Assembly: GCA_965243395.1 (NCBI GenBank)
Contig: CBDEUS010000001.1
Span: 320,001-384,000 of the forward strand
DNA length: 64,000 nucleotides
Source: Gammaproteobacteria bacterium
GTDB lineage: Bacteria > Pseudomonadota > Gammaproteobacteria > UBA4575
Direction of reading: 5' to 3'
Part shown: in pieces, positions 1 to 11,434 of the stretch
How positions within the stretch are numbered: position 1 is the stretch's first letter
How the letters are laid out: the number at the start of each line of letters is the position of its first letter
Position numbers and translations under genes: made by a program
Notes under the pieces: generated by a model
Databases searched by the model: none
Told to the model about the DNA's origin: nothing
What the model saw: only the letters and a program-made list of their open reading frames with translations

Positions 1-750
1 TGCACTATCGGGCATAGCACTGTCCCAATCTGAGTTTTTTTCAGGTAAATGATCTAATGTGCGAATCACGCCTTCAACGATATCGTCTATGTATGTGAAA
101 TCACGACGATGGTTGCCATAATTAAATACATCAATGGGCTTACCCGCTAAGATATTTTTTGTAAACAAGAATAACGCCATATCCGGTCGTCCCCATGGAC
201 CATATACTGTGAAGAACCTCAAACCAGTAGTGGGTAGACTGTATAAATTACTGTAAACATGTGCCATGAGTTCGTTAGCTTTTTTAGTGGCGGCATATAA
301 GCTTAAGGGATGGTCTACATTATGGTGTACGGAAAATGGCATTTTTGTATTCGCGCCATACACTGAACTGCTAGAAGCATACACAAGGTGTTCGACTTCA
401 TTGTGTCTGCATGCTTCTAAAATGTTACAAAAACCAACCAGGTTGGAGTCAACATATGCAGATGGGTTTTCAATGGAGTAGCGAACACCTGCTTGTGCAG
501 CAAGATTGATAACTCGTTGAGGTTTAAATTTAGAAACTGTTTCTGAAATTTTTCCTTTATCTTCTAAATTAATTTTTGCTTCCGTGAATTTTTCATAAGA
601 TTTGACTCTCTCAAGTCTTCCAAGTTTTAAATTCACATCATAGTAGTCATTGAGATTATCAATTCCCAATACTTCGTCGCCACGTTCTAACAGATACATG
701 GATACTGAAGAACCAATGAATCCGGCGGAACCTGTAACTACAACTTTCAT
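1..750 (-). CDS. NAD-dependent nucleotide-sugar epimerase (UDP-glucuronate 4-epimerase type), truncated by window edge
   Basis: Manual translation from ATG at 750: [13 protein letters not shown]...[14 protein letters not shown]...[16 protein letters not shown]. Not in the ORF track because it runs off the window. Confidence 0.9.
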   Translation of the reverse strand, partial: MKVVVTGSAGFIGSSVSMYLLERGDEVLGIDNLNDYYDVNLKLGRLERVKSYEKFTEAKINLEDKGKISETVSKFKPQRVINLAAQAGVRYSIENPSAYVDSNLVGFCNILEACRHNEVEHLVYASSSSVYGANTKMPFSVHHNVDHPLSLYAATKKANELMAHVYSNLYSLPTTGLRFFTVYGPWGRPDMALFLFTKNILAGKPIDVFNYGNHRRDFTYIDDIVEGVIRTLDHLPEKNSDWDSAMPDSA

Positions 751-792
751 ATATTAATTCTTGTGCTGGGTAAAAATAACTGTATGCATGAA

Positions 793-2070
793 CTACAATC
801 GACCATCTACTTGGGTTTTTGGAAAAATATTCTTAACATCAAAAATAACATGATTCTCTTTCCCTAGAGCATGTATTTTTTCAATGTTTAAGTTTTTAAA
901 TTTATCATGATTTACGGCAAGTATAATTGCATCGTATTTGACGGATGACGGCATTTCTGAGAGGAATGAAGCATCATATTTAGAATTGGCTTCATCTATA
1001 TCAATCCACGGATCATATATATCAACTTGTGAATGATAAGTAGTAAATTCATTTACAACATCAATAACGCGTGTGTTACGAATATCCGGACAGTTTTCTT
1101 TAAAAGTGAATCCAAGAATTAATATGTTTGCTTGCACGACATGTATTTTCTTTTGCAGCATCAGTTTAATCACACATTCTGCAACATATGCACCCATCGC
1201 ATCATTGATGCGTCGTCCGGATAAAATAACTTCAGGGTTGTAACCAATTTCTTTAGCTCTATACGTAAGGTAATAAGGGTCAACGCCTATACAATGACCG
1301 CCAACTAATCCCGGCCTAAAGGGTAAAAAATTCCATTTTGTTCCTGCAGCTTCAAGAACTTCTAAAGTATCAATTTCGAGGCGATTGAAAATAAGTGAAA
1401 GTTCATTAATCAGGGCGATATTAAGATCGCGTTGTGTATTTTCAATAACTTTAGCTGCTTCAGCTACTTGTATACTGCTTGTTTTATGTGTACCTGCGAC
1501 AATAATTTTTAAGTACAGCTCATTGATAAAATCCGCTACTTCTGGAGTCGAGCCTGAGACAACCTTTTTAATAGTGGGCAGGCGATGTTCTTTGTCACCA
1601 GGATTAATACGCTCTGGGCTGTAACCGGCATAAAAGTCCTGGTTAAATTTCAAATTTGACTCTTGCTCTAATATTGGCACACAAAATTCTTCTGTTGCGC
1701 CTGGGTAAACGGTCGATTCGTATATTACGATATTGCCAACTTCGAGAACGCTCCCAACTGCTTTTGATGCTTGTTTTATCGCAGATAAATCTGGAACTTT
1801 ATGTTTATTTATTGGTGTGGGGACTGTGACAATAAATACATTGCAAGTCTGTAGTTCTTTAATAGATGAGGAGAAATTTAAATGGTTTGCAGACTTTAAT
1901 TCTTCTTGATTGACTTCCATGGTGCTATCAACACCTTGTTTCAGTTCATCAAGTCGTGATGCTTTAATATCAAAGCCTACAGTAGAGTAATGTTTGCCAA
2001 ACGCTACTGCGAGGGGCAGGCCTACATATCCAAGGCCGATTATGGCGATTTTGATTTTATCTGGAAGCAC
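793..2070 (-). CDS. UDP-N-acetyl-D-glucosamine/galactosamine 6-dehydrogenase (TviB/WbpO family)
   Basis: [12 protein letters not shown] Rossmann motif, [35 protein letters not shown]. Confidence 0.9.
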   Translation of the reverse strand: MLPDKIKIAIIGLGYVGLPLAVAFGKHYSTVGFDIKASRLDELKQGVDSTMEVNQEELKSANHLNFSSSIKELQTCNVFIVTVPTPINKHKVPDLSAIKQASKAVGSVLEVGNIVIYESTVYPGATEEFCVPILEQESNLKFNQDFYAGYSPERINPGDKEHRLPTIKKVVSGSTPEVADFINELYLKIIVAGTHKTSSIQVAEAAKVIENTQRDLNIALINELSLIFNRLEIDTLEVLEAAGTKWNFLPFRPGLVGGHCIGVDPYYLTYRAKEIGYNPEVILSGRRINDAMGAYVAECVIKLMLQKKIHVVQANILILGFTFKENCPDIRNTRVIDVVNEFTTYHSQVDIYDPWIDIDEANSKYDASFLSEMPSSVKYDAIILAVNHDKFKNLNIEKIHALGKENHVIFDVKNIFPKTQVDGRL

Positions 2071-2270
2071 AATTTTGCTTGTTTTAGCCTTAGTATGATA
2101 AAGAAAGACTATGCTATTGGTATAATAGAATTAGTGGTTTACGCAAGAATTATGTGATTTTTGCATTCAAGATACAAATTAATAAGAGATGTAATGCTTG
2201 AATTTACGTCTGAGAGGAAGTGGTTTGAGTATTTAAACTTTAAATAAATAGCTAGGAGATATCTTTAGTT

Positions 2271-3497
2271 CTATATCAGGTATTCGTTAGCATTGGGTTG
2301 GCTTAAAAAATTGATCGGGCTTGCAGTGTACCCATAGGCACCTGATTGTAATATGGCAACGTTATCACCAACTTCAGCTTTACTTAATTCTATGTTATCG
2401 CCAAAAAGGTCTAATGGAGTGCAAAGTTTTCCAACAATATTCACTACTTCTTTAACGGGAGAGTTGAGCTTATTTGCGATATAGACTGGGAAGTTTTTTC
2501 GATTTCTTTGACCCAAGTTTCCAGACGCGGCTAATTGATGATGCATACCACCATTAGTGATTAAATAAGTTTTACCTCTCGATATTTTTTTATCAACTAC
2601 CTTACAAACATACACGCCTGATTCACCAACGATATATCGACCCAGTTCTATAATTACATTGATCGATTGCTCTGAATGTATAGATTCTACGATTGGAAAT
2701 AATGAATGCATGTTTTTCCCTATCGAACCAAGATCTAAAGGTGTATGTTTAGAAAAATAAGGAATTCCAAAACCTCCTCCCATGTTGACGGCTTTAATTG
2801 GAATATTATATGTAGAGGTAAACTCTTTAATGAGCTCTATGGTTTTATTTTGTGAATAATTTATTGCCTCAGCATCAAGTATTTGTGATCCACTGTAGAC
2901 ATGGAAACCATGTAAATCAATGCATGAGTCTTTAATCCAATTTAACAATTCAGGTATTTGTTCTGCGTCGATACCAAATTGACTTGAGCCACTTGCCATT
3001 TTCATACCAGCACGTTTTTGTGTGTAGGTTGGGTTCACGCGTATCAGCACTGAAGGTTTGTGCATGACCTCGGTACCAATTTCATCCAACCTATGTAATT
3101 CAAGACTAGATTCAGCACTGATTACAATTCCATTTTTTACGGCAATTTCTAATTCTTCGTAACTTTTCCCCGGGCCTGTAAGACAAATACTGGCGCTATC
3201 TATACCGGTAGCGAGAGCTATTTTCATTTCTTCCAAAGAAGATACTTCAAGGCCATCGACATGTTCCGCAATAAAGCTGACAAGCGCTGGTAGAGGATTG
3301 GCTTTAATCGAGTAGTGAATTTTTATGGCTTTAGGGAGCGTGCTTCGAAGCAGTTTGATTTTTTCGATTATTATTTCTTTCGAATAAATGAAGCAGGGAG
3401 GTTTTATTCCTGCATCATCTAACTCTGTAATACTTTTGCCAGAAATGCATAAAGTATTATCGCGAATTTCAAAATTATCTAATGGATTATAAGACAT
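2271..3497 (-). CDS. PLP-dependent fold-III decarboxylase (DAP/Orn family), resembling the exosortase A/PEP-CTERM-associated type
   Basis: YSIKANP (PLP Lys), MGGGFG, ELGRYIV, LCTPLD, GAYGYTASP..FLS; next to EPS genes. Confidence 0.75.
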   Translation of the reverse strand: MSYNPLDNFEIRDNTLCISGKSITELDDAGIKPPCFIYSKEIIIEKIKLLRSTLPKAIKIHYSIKANPLPALVSFIAEHVDGLEVSSLEEMKIALATGIDSASICLTGPGKSYEELEIAVKNGIVISAESSLELHRLDEIGTEVMHKPSVLIRVNPTYTQKRAGMKMASGSSQFGIDAEQIPELLNWIKDSCIDLHGFHVYSGSQILDAEAINYSQNKTIELIKEFTSTYNIPIKAVNMGGGFGIPYFSKHTPLDLGSIGKNMHSLFPIVESIHSEQSINVIIELGRYIVGESGVYVCKVVDKKISRGKTYLITNGGMHHQLAASGNLGQRNRKNFPVYIANKLNSPVKEVVNIVGKLCTPLDLFGDNIELSKAEVGDNVAILQSGAYGYTASPINFLSQPNANEYLI

Positions 3498-3812
3498 CTA
3501 AAAAAATGCATGGATATGTTTATTTTTCGTTGAAGTTTGATTATAGATGAATTAAATCAATTTGTTAGAGTAGTGCCTATGAGTGTACTGGCTTAGATCC
3601 CAAGGAAGATTAATGGCAGCAGTTTGTTGCGTATAGTCCAACGAACGCATTATCAGCAATGTAGTGGGCTTATTTGGATGAAAAGGCTATAACACGTTCG
3701 AAAATTCTGTGTATCTATATGGTTGTAGTATTCTCGTTTGCTATATATGGTAGTACGTTATAAAAATTTCCTGTTTATAATGCATTGAGAAATCATCTGA
3801 ATATTACGTACT

Positions 3813-4904
3813 TTGAATCATATGAGTAAAAAAACACTCTCTGACTTGCGCCAACAAATTGATGCTGTAGATAGGCAGTTACTTGATCTCATTAGTGACC
3901 GGGCAAAATTAGCTCAACTGGTCGCTCAAGTAAAAGCTGGCTCTGGTGAAAAAAATGCCTACTATCGCCCTGATCGAGAAGCAAGTGTTTTAAAACAAGT
4001 CCTAGAGCACAATCAGGGCCCGTTATCTGATGAGGAAATGGCCAGGTTGATTAGAGAAATTATGTCTGCCTGTTTAGCCTTGGAGCAGCGTTTGCAAGTA
4101 GCGTTTCTTGGTCCTGCTGGTACATTTACCGAGGAGGCCGCATATAAACATTTTGGACATTCAATTCAGACTCTATCGGCAAACAGCATCGATGATGTAT
4201 TTCGAGAAGTAGAATCTGATAATGCTAATTACGGCGTAGTGCCAATTGAAAATTCTACACAAGGTATTGTTAACAGCACCTTGGATATGTTTTTAGAATC
4301 TACGCTTAAAATTGTAGGTGAAGTTGAATTGCGAGTGCACCAGCACTTACTAAGTAATGTTGATGATTTGAAAGAGTTAAGTGTCTTGTATTCTCACCAG
4401 CAATCACTCGCACAATGTAAAAAATGGTTGGAAAATAATCTTCCTGGAGTTAAACGTGTTCCAGTAAGCAGCAATGCGGATGCTGCGAAGCGTGCTGCAA
4501 GTGAAAATAATGCTGCAGCAATTGCCAGTGAAACGGCTGCAGATGTGTATGGCCTCACTATACAAAACAAAAATATTGAAGATGTACCAGATAATACGAC
4601 AAGATTTTTAATTATTGGTAAGCAAGAAGTTGAGCCTACTGGCGATGATAAAACTACCTTGTTGATATCTGCACGCAATAAACCAGGCGCCCTTTATAAT
4701 TTATTGCAGCCTCTGGCAAAAAATAATGTCAGTATGACTAGAATTGAATCAAGACCTTCACATTGTGTGAATTGGGAATATGTATTCTTTTTAGATTTAG
4801 AAGGGCATTTAAAAACAGAGACTATCAAGAACTGTATTTCTGAATTAAAGGACGATGCTGATCTTTTAAAAGTTCTCGGTTCTTACCCGCGGGCTGCGTT
4901 ATAA
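3813..4904 (+). CDS. pheA: chorismate mutase/prephenate dehydratase
   Basis: LRQQID..DR..LA CM domain, AFLGPAGTF, VVPIENS, NTTRF, ESRPS ACT domain. Confidence 0.95.
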   Translation: MNHMSKKTLSDLRQQIDAVDRQLLDLISDRAKLAQLVAQVKAGSGEKNAYYRPDREASVLKQVLEHNQGPLSDEEMARLIREIMSACLALEQRLQVAFLGPAGTFTEEAAYKHFGHSIQTLSANSIDDVFREVESDNANYGVVPIENSTQGIVNSTLDMFLESTLKIVGEVELRVHQHLLSNVDDLKELSVLYSHQQSLAQCKKWLENNLPGVKRVPVSSNADAAKRAASENNAAAIASETAADVYGLTIQNKNIEDVPDNTTRFLIIGKQEVEPTGDDKTTLLISARNKPGALYNLLQPLAKNNVSMTRIESRPSHCVNWEYVFFLDLEGHLKTETIKNCISELKDDADLLKVLGSYPRAAL

Positions 4905-4926
4905 CTAATTCAATTTGCATTTATAG

Positions 4927-5787
4927 ATGTTTGATAATGTTTACTTAATTGGCGTCGGCCTAATTAATGCTTCGCTTGCAAAAGACCTTAAGCGTCAACG
5001 ACTTGCTAAGACTATTGTAGGCGTTGGTCGCAACGCTGAGCGTCTAGCTTCAGCACAATCGTTAAATATCATTGATAAATATCAATTAATTCAAGATGCT
5101 GATGTAACAAATGCAGATGTAGTGGTGGTTGGTGTGCCAGTTTCAAAGATTAAAGACAGCTTTGATGCAATTAAGTCAACACTTAATGCAGATACTCTAT
5201 TAACTGATGTTGGTAGTAGTAAAGCTAATGTTATTCAAGCGGCAAGAGATATTTTTGGTGAATTACCTAAAAATTTAGTTCCTGGGCACCCAATTGCAGG
5301 AAGTGAACAGAATGGTTTTGAGCATGCAACAGAACAGTTGTATAAAAACCGAAAAGTCATTTTAACGCCTTCAGAAGAAACAGAGGATAAGGCGGTAACA
5401 AAAATTACCAAAATGTGGCAAAGCATTGGTGCTATTGTAGATGTGATGTCTGCATCACAGCATGATGCAATATTAGCGGCCACTAGTCACTTGCCACATG
5501 TAGTAGCTTACAGTTTGGTAAATTACTTGGGTCAACGTGAAGACGCTGAGAACATCTTTAACTATGCTGCAGGAGGGTTTTATGATTTTACCCGTATTGC
5601 ATCGAGTGATTCGACCATGTGGACGGACATATGTATAGAAAATAAAGATGAAATTATTAAATCAATAGACGGGTTTATAAGCTGTCTTGATACTTTAAAG
5701 CAAACAATCGCTGATCAAGATAGAAAAGTTGTACATGAATTATTTTTGCGCGCCAAACAGCTGCGTGATAAAAATTTAACTAATTAA
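4927..5787 (+). CDS. tyrA: prephenate/arogenate dehydrogenase
   Basis: TDVGSSK, GHPIAGSE, HD..LAATSHLPH, DFTRIASSD. Confidence 0.9.
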   Translation: MFDNVYLIGVGLINASLAKDLKRQRLAKTIVGVGRNAERLASAQSLNIIDKYQLIQDADVTNADVVVVGVPVSKIKDSFDAIKSTLNADTLLTDVGSSKANVIQAARDIFGELPKNLVPGHPIAGSEQNGFEHATEQLYKNRKVILTPSEETEDKAVTKITKMWQSIGAIVDVMSASQHDAILAATSHLPHVVAYSLVNYLGQREDAENIFNYAAGGFYDFTRIASSDSTMWTDICIENKDEIIKSIDGFISCLDTLKQTIADQDRKVVHELFLRAKQLRDKNLTN

Positions 5788-7094
5788 TGTCCCCTGCATA
5801 TTTTCGATTACAGCCTGGCTCCTTTTGCAGCGGTGAAACGCATGTGCCTGGTGATAAATCTATTTCACACCGTGCGGTTATGTTAGCTTCCCTAGCCGAA
5901 GGTGAAAGTGAAGTGCAGGGCTTTTTACCTTCCAGTGATTGTGAAGCCACATTGAGCGCATTTCAAAATATGGGTGTATTAATTGATCGTGTTGATACGA
6001 CAAATATACGCATTAACGGAGTTGGTTTAGGTGGGTTGCATGAGCCAGGAAATGTGCTTGATATGGGAAACTCGGGCACTGCAATGCGTTTAATGGCCGG
6101 GATTCTTTGTGGGCAAAAATTTTCGTCTTCTCTAATCGGTGATGCTTCGCTTTCCAAACGTCCTATGCAACGTATACAAATACCATTAAAAGAAATGGGT
6201 GCAGATATCACTAGTGAAAAAAACTATACACCGCCATTAGTCATTCATCCTGTTAATCATTTAAATTCAATTCAGTACGAATTACCTGTACCAAGTGCAC
6301 AAGTTAAATCGTGTGTTTTATTAGCAGGCTTGTATGCACAAGGCAAAACCTGCGTTACTGAAAAAGCGATAACTCGTGATCATACTGAGAGAATGTTGCA
6401 GAGTTATGCTTATCCGATTGAGGTGGTTCGAAACTCAATTTGTTTGCAGGGGAATAGTAAATTGCTTGCGAGCACTATCCATGTGCCTGGCGATCTATCT
6501 TCTGCAGCGTTTTTGATTGTTGCAGCTTTAATATCAAAATATGCTGAGCTTACAATTCGCAAGGTGGGCATAAACCCAACGCGTGATGGGTTTATAAAAA
6601 TTCTGCGCGAGATGGGGGCGAAAATAGAAATCGTAAATCAAACCTATTTTGGTAAGGAGCCTGTTGCAGATATTGTTGTACACAATAGTGAATTGCACGG
6701 TATTAATATTCCACTAGATTTAATTGCAAATTCTATAGATGAATTTCCAATACTTTTCATTGCTGCGGCTTGCGCAAAAGGCGTGACCAATTTGAGTGGG
6801 GCTCAAGAGTTACGTGTTAAAGAATCAGATCGTCTCGCGACAATGGCAAAAGGATTACAAGCACTGGGAATTGAAGTTGTAGAAAAGCCGGATGGAATTA
6901 TTATCAACGGTGGTCAGTTCCATGGTGGAGAAATTGATAGTGGAGGCGACCATCGAGTCGCTATGGCTTTTGCAATGGCATCTATATGTGCCAAGGACGA
7001 TATTATTATTCGTGATACTGCGAATGTAGCGACGTCATTTCCAAATTTTGTAGCGATTGCTTCTGATTTGGGTTTAAAAATTTCTCAACATTGA
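5787..7094 (+). CDS. aroA: EPSP synthase
   Basis: PGDKSISHR, GNSGTAMR, SAQVKS, RDHTERML, ELRVKESDR, DHRVAM. Confidence 0.97.
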   Translation: MSPAYFRLQPGSFCSGETHVPGDKSISHRAVMLASLAEGESEVQGFLPSSDCEATLSAFQNMGVLIDRVDTTNIRINGVGLGGLHEPGNVLDMGNSGTAMRLMAGILCGQKFSSSLIGDASLSKRPMQRIQIPLKEMGADITSEKNYTPPLVIHPVNHLNSIQYELPVPSAQVKSCVLLAGLYAQGKTCVTEKAITRDHTERMLQSYAYPIEVVRNSICLQGNSKLLASTIHVPGDLSSAAFLIVAALISKYAELTIRKVGINPTRDGFIKILREMGAKIEIVNQTYFGKEPVADIVVHNSELHGINIPLDLIANSIDEFPILFIAAACAKGVTNLSGAQELRVKESDRLATMAKGLQALGIEVVEKPDGIIINGGQFHGGEIDSGGDHRVAMAFAMASICAKDDIIIRDTANVATSFPNFVAIASDLGLKISQH

Positions 7095-7104
7095 GTTGTT
7101 ATAG

Positions 7105-7806
7105 ATGAACTCCAATGTAATTCCTGTCATCACTATTGATGGTCCAGCAGGATCAGGTAAAGGTACCATTGCTAGACAGTTGGCGGCGTTTCTAAAGTAT
7201 CACTATTTGGATAGTGGGGCTTTGTATCGAGCCTTGGCTCTTCAAAGCCAACAGCAAAATATTGAACCCGATGATTGTGAAGGCTTGTTGGCTATATGTG
7301 AGCAAATGAAAGTGCGATTTGATTTTAGTGCACCGGATATGGACAACACTATGCAAGAGCATGTAACAGTATTTTTAGACGACCAAGAAGTAACTGAGGA
7401 GCTACGCACCGAAGAATGTGCCGCCCGCGCTTCGCAACTGGCTTCTCAGCCTAAGGTCCGCGAAGCTTTATTAAATAAGCAAAGGTCTTTTAGAAAAGCG
7501 CCCGGTTTGGTAGCAGAAGGCAGGGATATGGGGACTGTGGTTTTTCCCGATGCCGAGAGTAAATTTTACCTTACGGCCAGTCCCAAAGAGAGAGCCCTAA
7601 GGAGGCAGAAACAGTTGAAGAAACAAGGCATTAGTGCTAGCCTTGGCCCCCTTTTGACAGACATAGAGACGCGAGATTCCAGGGATCAAAATCGCAAAGT
7701 CTCTCCATTACGTCCTGCCACTGATGCTTTACTTGTTGATTCGACGGAACTATCGATTGAGCAAGTCGTAAATCGAATTGCTGAAGTTGTTCGTGGCCGG
7801 CATTAA
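7105..7806 (+). CDS. cmk: cytidylate kinase
   Basis: ITIDGPAGSGKGT, GRDMGTVVFPDA; aroA-cmk-rpsA synteny. Confidence 0.96.
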   Translation: MNSNVIPVITIDGPAGSGKGTIARQLAAFLKYHYLDSGALYRALALQSQQQNIEPDDCEGLLAICEQMKVRFDFSAPDMDNTMQEHVTVFLDDQEVTEELRTEECAARASQLASQPKVREALLNKQRSFRKAPGLVAEGRDMGTVVFPDAESKFYLTASPKERALRRQKQLKKQGISASLGPLLTDIETRDSRDQNRKVSPLRPATDALLVDSTELSIEQVVNRIAEVVRGRH

Positions 7807-7845
7807 CCGATCCCTAAAAATAATAGGAATTGTATATAAATTACT

Positions 7846-9531
7846 ATGAGTGAAAGTTTTGCCGAGCTCTTTGAGGAGAGCGTTTCCAACCTAAATACAC
7901 AGCCGGGTACCATCATCAATGGAACAGTAGTTGATATTAATAAGGATGCCGTAATCGTTTATGCGGGATTAAAGTCGGAAGGCATTATTCCGATAGACCA
8001 ATTCAAAGTTAATGATGGAGTTCTTGAAGTCGAAGTGGGCGACTCAGTTGAAGTGGCCTTGGATGCACTTGAAGATGGCTATGGAGAAACCAAACTTTCA
8101 CGTGAAAAAGCACGTCGAGCCAAAGCATGGATTGAATTAGAAACGGTCCATGAATCGGGAGAAACGATTACTGGGACAATTACGGGGAAAGTGAAAGGTG
8201 GATTTACCGTCGAGTTGGGTGATTTACGGGCATTTTTACCAGGTTCTTTAGTGGATGTGCGTCCTGTGCGAGACACATCTTATCTTGAAGGTAAAGAGCT
8301 CGAATTCAAAGTAATCAAAATTGACCTTAAGCGTAACAATGTCGTGGTCTCACGTCGTGCAGTGGTTGAATCTGAATATAGCGCTGAGCGTGAAGAACTC
8401 ATTGAAGCGCTCAAAGAAGGGGCTGTTGTCAAAGGTATTGTTAAGAATTTAACCGATTACGGAGCATTTTTGGATTTAGGTGGGGTTGATGGTTTATTGC
8501 ACATCACTGATATGGCCTGGAAACGCGTCAAACACCCATCGGAAATTGTTGCGATTGGAGATGAAATAGAAGTACGTGTTCTTAAGTTCGATAAAGAAAA
8601 GACACGTGTATCACTTGGCTTGAAGCAACTGGATGATGATCCATGGCGAGACATTAATCGCCGTTACCCTGAAGGCGCTCGGATTTTTGGCAAAGTAACC
8701 AATATTGCAGATTATGGATGCTTTGTTGAAATCGAAGAAGGCATTGAAGGCTTGGTTCATGTTTCAGAAATGGATTGGACCAATAAGAATGTTAACCCTG
8801 CAAAAATCGTATCACTAGGCGATGAAGTAGAGGTGATGATTTTAGATATCGATGAGGAGCGTCGCCGAATTTCCCTCGGTATGAAGCAATGCAAAGCCAA
8901 CCCGTGGGATGATTTTGCCAGCAGTCATGATAAAGGCAGCGAAGTTACCGGCACGATTAAATCAATTACTGATTTTGGTATTTTTGTTGGGCTTGACGGA
9001 GGCATTGATGGTTTAGTGCACTTGTCGGATCTATCTTGGAATGAAACGGGCGAAGAGGCTGTCCGTAATTATAAGAAGGGTGATGAATTACGGGCCATGG
9101 TTTTATCCGTTGATGCCGAGCGGGAGCGAATCTCGTTGGGTGTTAAGCAAATGGAGAAAGATCCCTTTTCAGGGTTTTTCACCGAGCATCCCAAAGGTAG
9201 CATTGTCAAGGGCACTGTAAGTGAAGTAGATGCAAAAGCTGCTACTATTGTTCTAGCAGAGGGTGTTGAGGGTATACTTAAGGCCTCCGAGATTGCACGA
9301 GATCGCGTCGAAGATGCACGAACTGTGCTAAAAGAGGGCGATCAAGTTGAGGCGAAATTTATCGGAGTAGATAAAAAGTCTAGAACGATTATTTTATCTA
9401 TTAAAGCGAAAGACTATGAAGAAGAATCTGAAGCGATGCAGGAATACAGCAGTAATGAATCCGCTTCAATGAACCTCGGTGATATTTTAAAAGAATCCAT
9501 CGAGGATAATAACGAAGACTCTACTGAATAA
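7846..9531 (+). CDS. rpsA: 30S ribosomal protein S1
   Basis: [12 protein letters not shown] start; six S1 repeats ([24 protein letters not shown]). Confidence 0.98.
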   Translation: MSESFAELFEESVSNLNTQPGTIINGTVVDINKDAVIVYAGLKSEGIIPIDQFKVNDGVLEVEVGDSVEVALDALEDGYGETKLSREKARRAKAWIELETVHESGETITGTITGKVKGGFTVELGDLRAFLPGSLVDVRPVRDTSYLEGKELEFKVIKIDLKRNNVVVSRRAVVESEYSAEREELIEALKEGAVVKGIVKNLTDYGAFLDLGGVDGLLHITDMAWKRVKHPSEIVAIGDEIEVRVLKFDKEKTRVSLGLKQLDDDPWRDINRRYPEGARIFGKVTNIADYGCFVEIEEGIEGLVHVSEMDWTNKNVNPAKIVSLGDEVEVMILDIDEERRRISLGMKQCKANPWDDFASSHDKGSEVTGTIKSITDFGIFVGLDGGIDGLVHLSDLSWNETGEEAVRNYKKGDELRAMVLSVDAERERISLGVKQMEKDPFSGFFTEHPKGSIVKGTVSEVDAKAATIVLAEGVEGILKASEIARDRVEDARTVLKEGDQVEAKFIGVDKKSRTIILSIKAKDYEEESEAMQEYSSNESASMNLGDILKESIEDNNEDSTE

Positions 9532-9570
9532 CAGGTTGAATAAAAACAGTTCCAAAATTAGGAGTAACTC

Positions 9571-9891
9571 ATGACTATAAATGATGATAAAAACATGATT
9601 ACCAAGTCGGAGCTAATTGAAAAAATATCTTTAAAGCAAAACCATCTAGCGCATAAAGATATTGAGCTATCCATTAAAAGTATCATAGAACAAATGAGCA
9701 CCTCGCTATCCCAGGGTGATCGTATCGAAATTAGAGGCTTTGGTAGTTTTTCTTTGCATTTCAGACCACCCCGTATAGGGCGAAATCCTAAAACGGGCGA
9801 TGCAGTTTCTTTACCTGGGAAGCATGTCCCCCACTTCAAACCTGGCAAAGAGTTGCGTGAACGCGTGAATCGTAGTGTCAGCCACAATTAA
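9571..9891 (+). CDS. ihfB: integration host factor beta (start possibly at 9595)
   Basis: [35 protein letters not shown]. Confidence 0.96.
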   Translation: MTINDDKNMITKSELIEKISLKQNHLAHKDIELSIKSIIEQMSTSLSQGDRIEIRGFGSFSLHFRPPRIGRNPKTGDAVSLPGKHVPHFKPGKELRERVNRSVSHN

Positions 9892-9942
9892 GTTAACTAA
9901 ACGCTTTCTCAGACTGTCGGTATATATTTTGAAATAAACTAA

Positions 9943-10236
9943 ATGGTACGTTTTCTACTATTTATTTTCTTTCTTGCACTAACACTTTTATTTTTTATTT
10001 TTACGCTAGAAAACCTTAACTTAGTTCCATTGAATTTGGTATTTAGCCAAATTCAGGTGCCTTTAGGGTTAACCATGCTAATGTGTTTTTTATTTGGCGC
10101 ATTATTAGGACTGGTTTTCAGTATTAGTTTAGTATTGAAAAATAAAAATAAAGCCAGAGTGTTGGCTAAAAAAGTTGCTGTTGCCGAACAAGAAGTTGCC
10201 AATCTTCGCCAGCTTCCTATCAAGAGCTCCCATTAA
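9943..10236 (+). CDS. lapA: LPS assembly protein A
   Basis: Two TM helices plus coiled tail; lies between ihfB and lapB. Confidence 0.8.
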   Translation: MVRFLLFIFFLALTLLFFIFTLENLNLVPLNLVFSQIQVPLGLTMLMCFLFGALLGLVFSISLVLKNKNKARVLAKKVAVAEQEVANLRQLPIKSSH

Positions 10237-11405
10237 TGCCAGAACTATACTGGTTGCTGCTGTTATTGGCAGGTATTGCAGGATGGTTTTTGGCGCAAAT
10301 TATTTATAAAGATCGTTCTAAACCAAAAATTCCGGGCGAATATCTCAAGGGTTTAAATTATTTATTAAATGAACAACCCGACAAAGCCTTAGAAGTATTC
10401 ATAGATCTAGTCGATGTCGATACAGAAACCGTAGAAACCCATTTAGTGCTGGGAAATATGTTTCGGCGCAGGGGAGAAGTCGATAGAGCTATTCGAATAC
10501 ATCAAAATTTGATTGCACGTCCTACACTTGAAGCTGTCGACAAATCAACCGCTTTGCTTGAGCTAGCTAAAGATTATCTAAAAGCGGGGCTATTGGATCG
10601 CGCAGAGTCCTTACTCAAGAATGTAATCGAAATTGGCATACAAACAGACGAGGCATATCCATTGTTGTTAGGTCTGTATGAGCAGGAAAAAGAATGGAGC
10701 TTGGCTATTGAAACCACAAAAAAATTAGAAAAAGTACAAGGTAAAAAAATGAACCATATCACTGCACACTATTATTGTGAATTAAGTGAAGTGGCATTAG
10801 AAAATAAATCTAATGATGATAATGGTTCGCAGAAATCAGCTAAACAATTAGCAAAAAAAGCACTTTCTTATGATAAGAATTGTGCACGCGCAAGTGTATT
10901 GTTAGGGCATATTGCAATGTATGAAAAAAATTATAAAGCTGCAATAAAATTTTATATTGCAGTAGCGAGACAAAAGCCTGAATATTTGCCTGAGGTGTTC
11001 ATGAACTTGCGCGAAGCATTTATCAAGCAAAATGATCAAGAAGGGTTCAGACAGTTCTTGCGTAATATTAAAGATTCCAATCTTAGCGGTCTTACTTTAA
11101 CGAATTTACTTGAAGATCTTGGTGAAGAAGATGTTGAAAAACAGCTTATTCTAGACTGGTTACTTGAAAAGTCTAAACTATCTTTACTTGAAGTGAACGG
11201 CTTTTTAAAAAGCAAAACTCAGGAGAAAGAATCGATTAGTGAGCTGGGTTTACTTAAAATTCAGGAAAGTGTAGAACAATTCATTAGTAACCGTAGTACA
11301 CATCAGTGTAAACAATGCGGTTTTCATGGAAAGTTACTCTATTGGCAATGCCCAAGTTGCCATAGTTGGGGTACTGTGGTGCCGGTGATGCCCAGCCTTA
11401 ATTGA
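10236..11405 (+). CDS. lapB: LPS assembly protein B (TPR + rubredoxin)
   Basis: GLNYLLNEQPDKA, GEVDRAIRIHQNL, C-terminal CxxCG...WQCPSC. Confidence 0.95.
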   Translation: MPELYWLLLLLAGIAGWFLAQIIYKDRSKPKIPGEYLKGLNYLLNEQPDKALEVFIDLVDVDTETVETHLVLGNMFRRRGEVDRAIRIHQNLIARPTLEAVDKSTALLELAKDYLKAGLLDRAESLLKNVIEIGIQTDEAYPLLLGLYEQEKEWSLAIETTKKLEKVQGKKMNHITAHYYCELSEVALENKSNDDNGSQKSAKQLAKKALSYDKNCARASVLLGHIAMYEKNYKAAIKFYIAVARQKPEYLPEVFMNLREAFIKQNDQEGFRQFLRNIKDSNLSGLTLTNLLEDLGEEDVEKQLILDWLLEKSKLSLLEVNGFLKSKTQEKESISELGLLKIQESVEQFISNRSTHQCKQCGFHGKLLYWQCPSCHSWGTVVPVMPSLN

Positions 11406-11434
11406 ATGAGTCTTAACTAAATGATAACAAGAAC

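Noticed and set aside
266-481. Plus-strand 71-aa ORF and the many other short ORFs nested in or antisense to core genes
   Set aside because: Shadows of well-supported genes on the opposite strand or frame; no motifs
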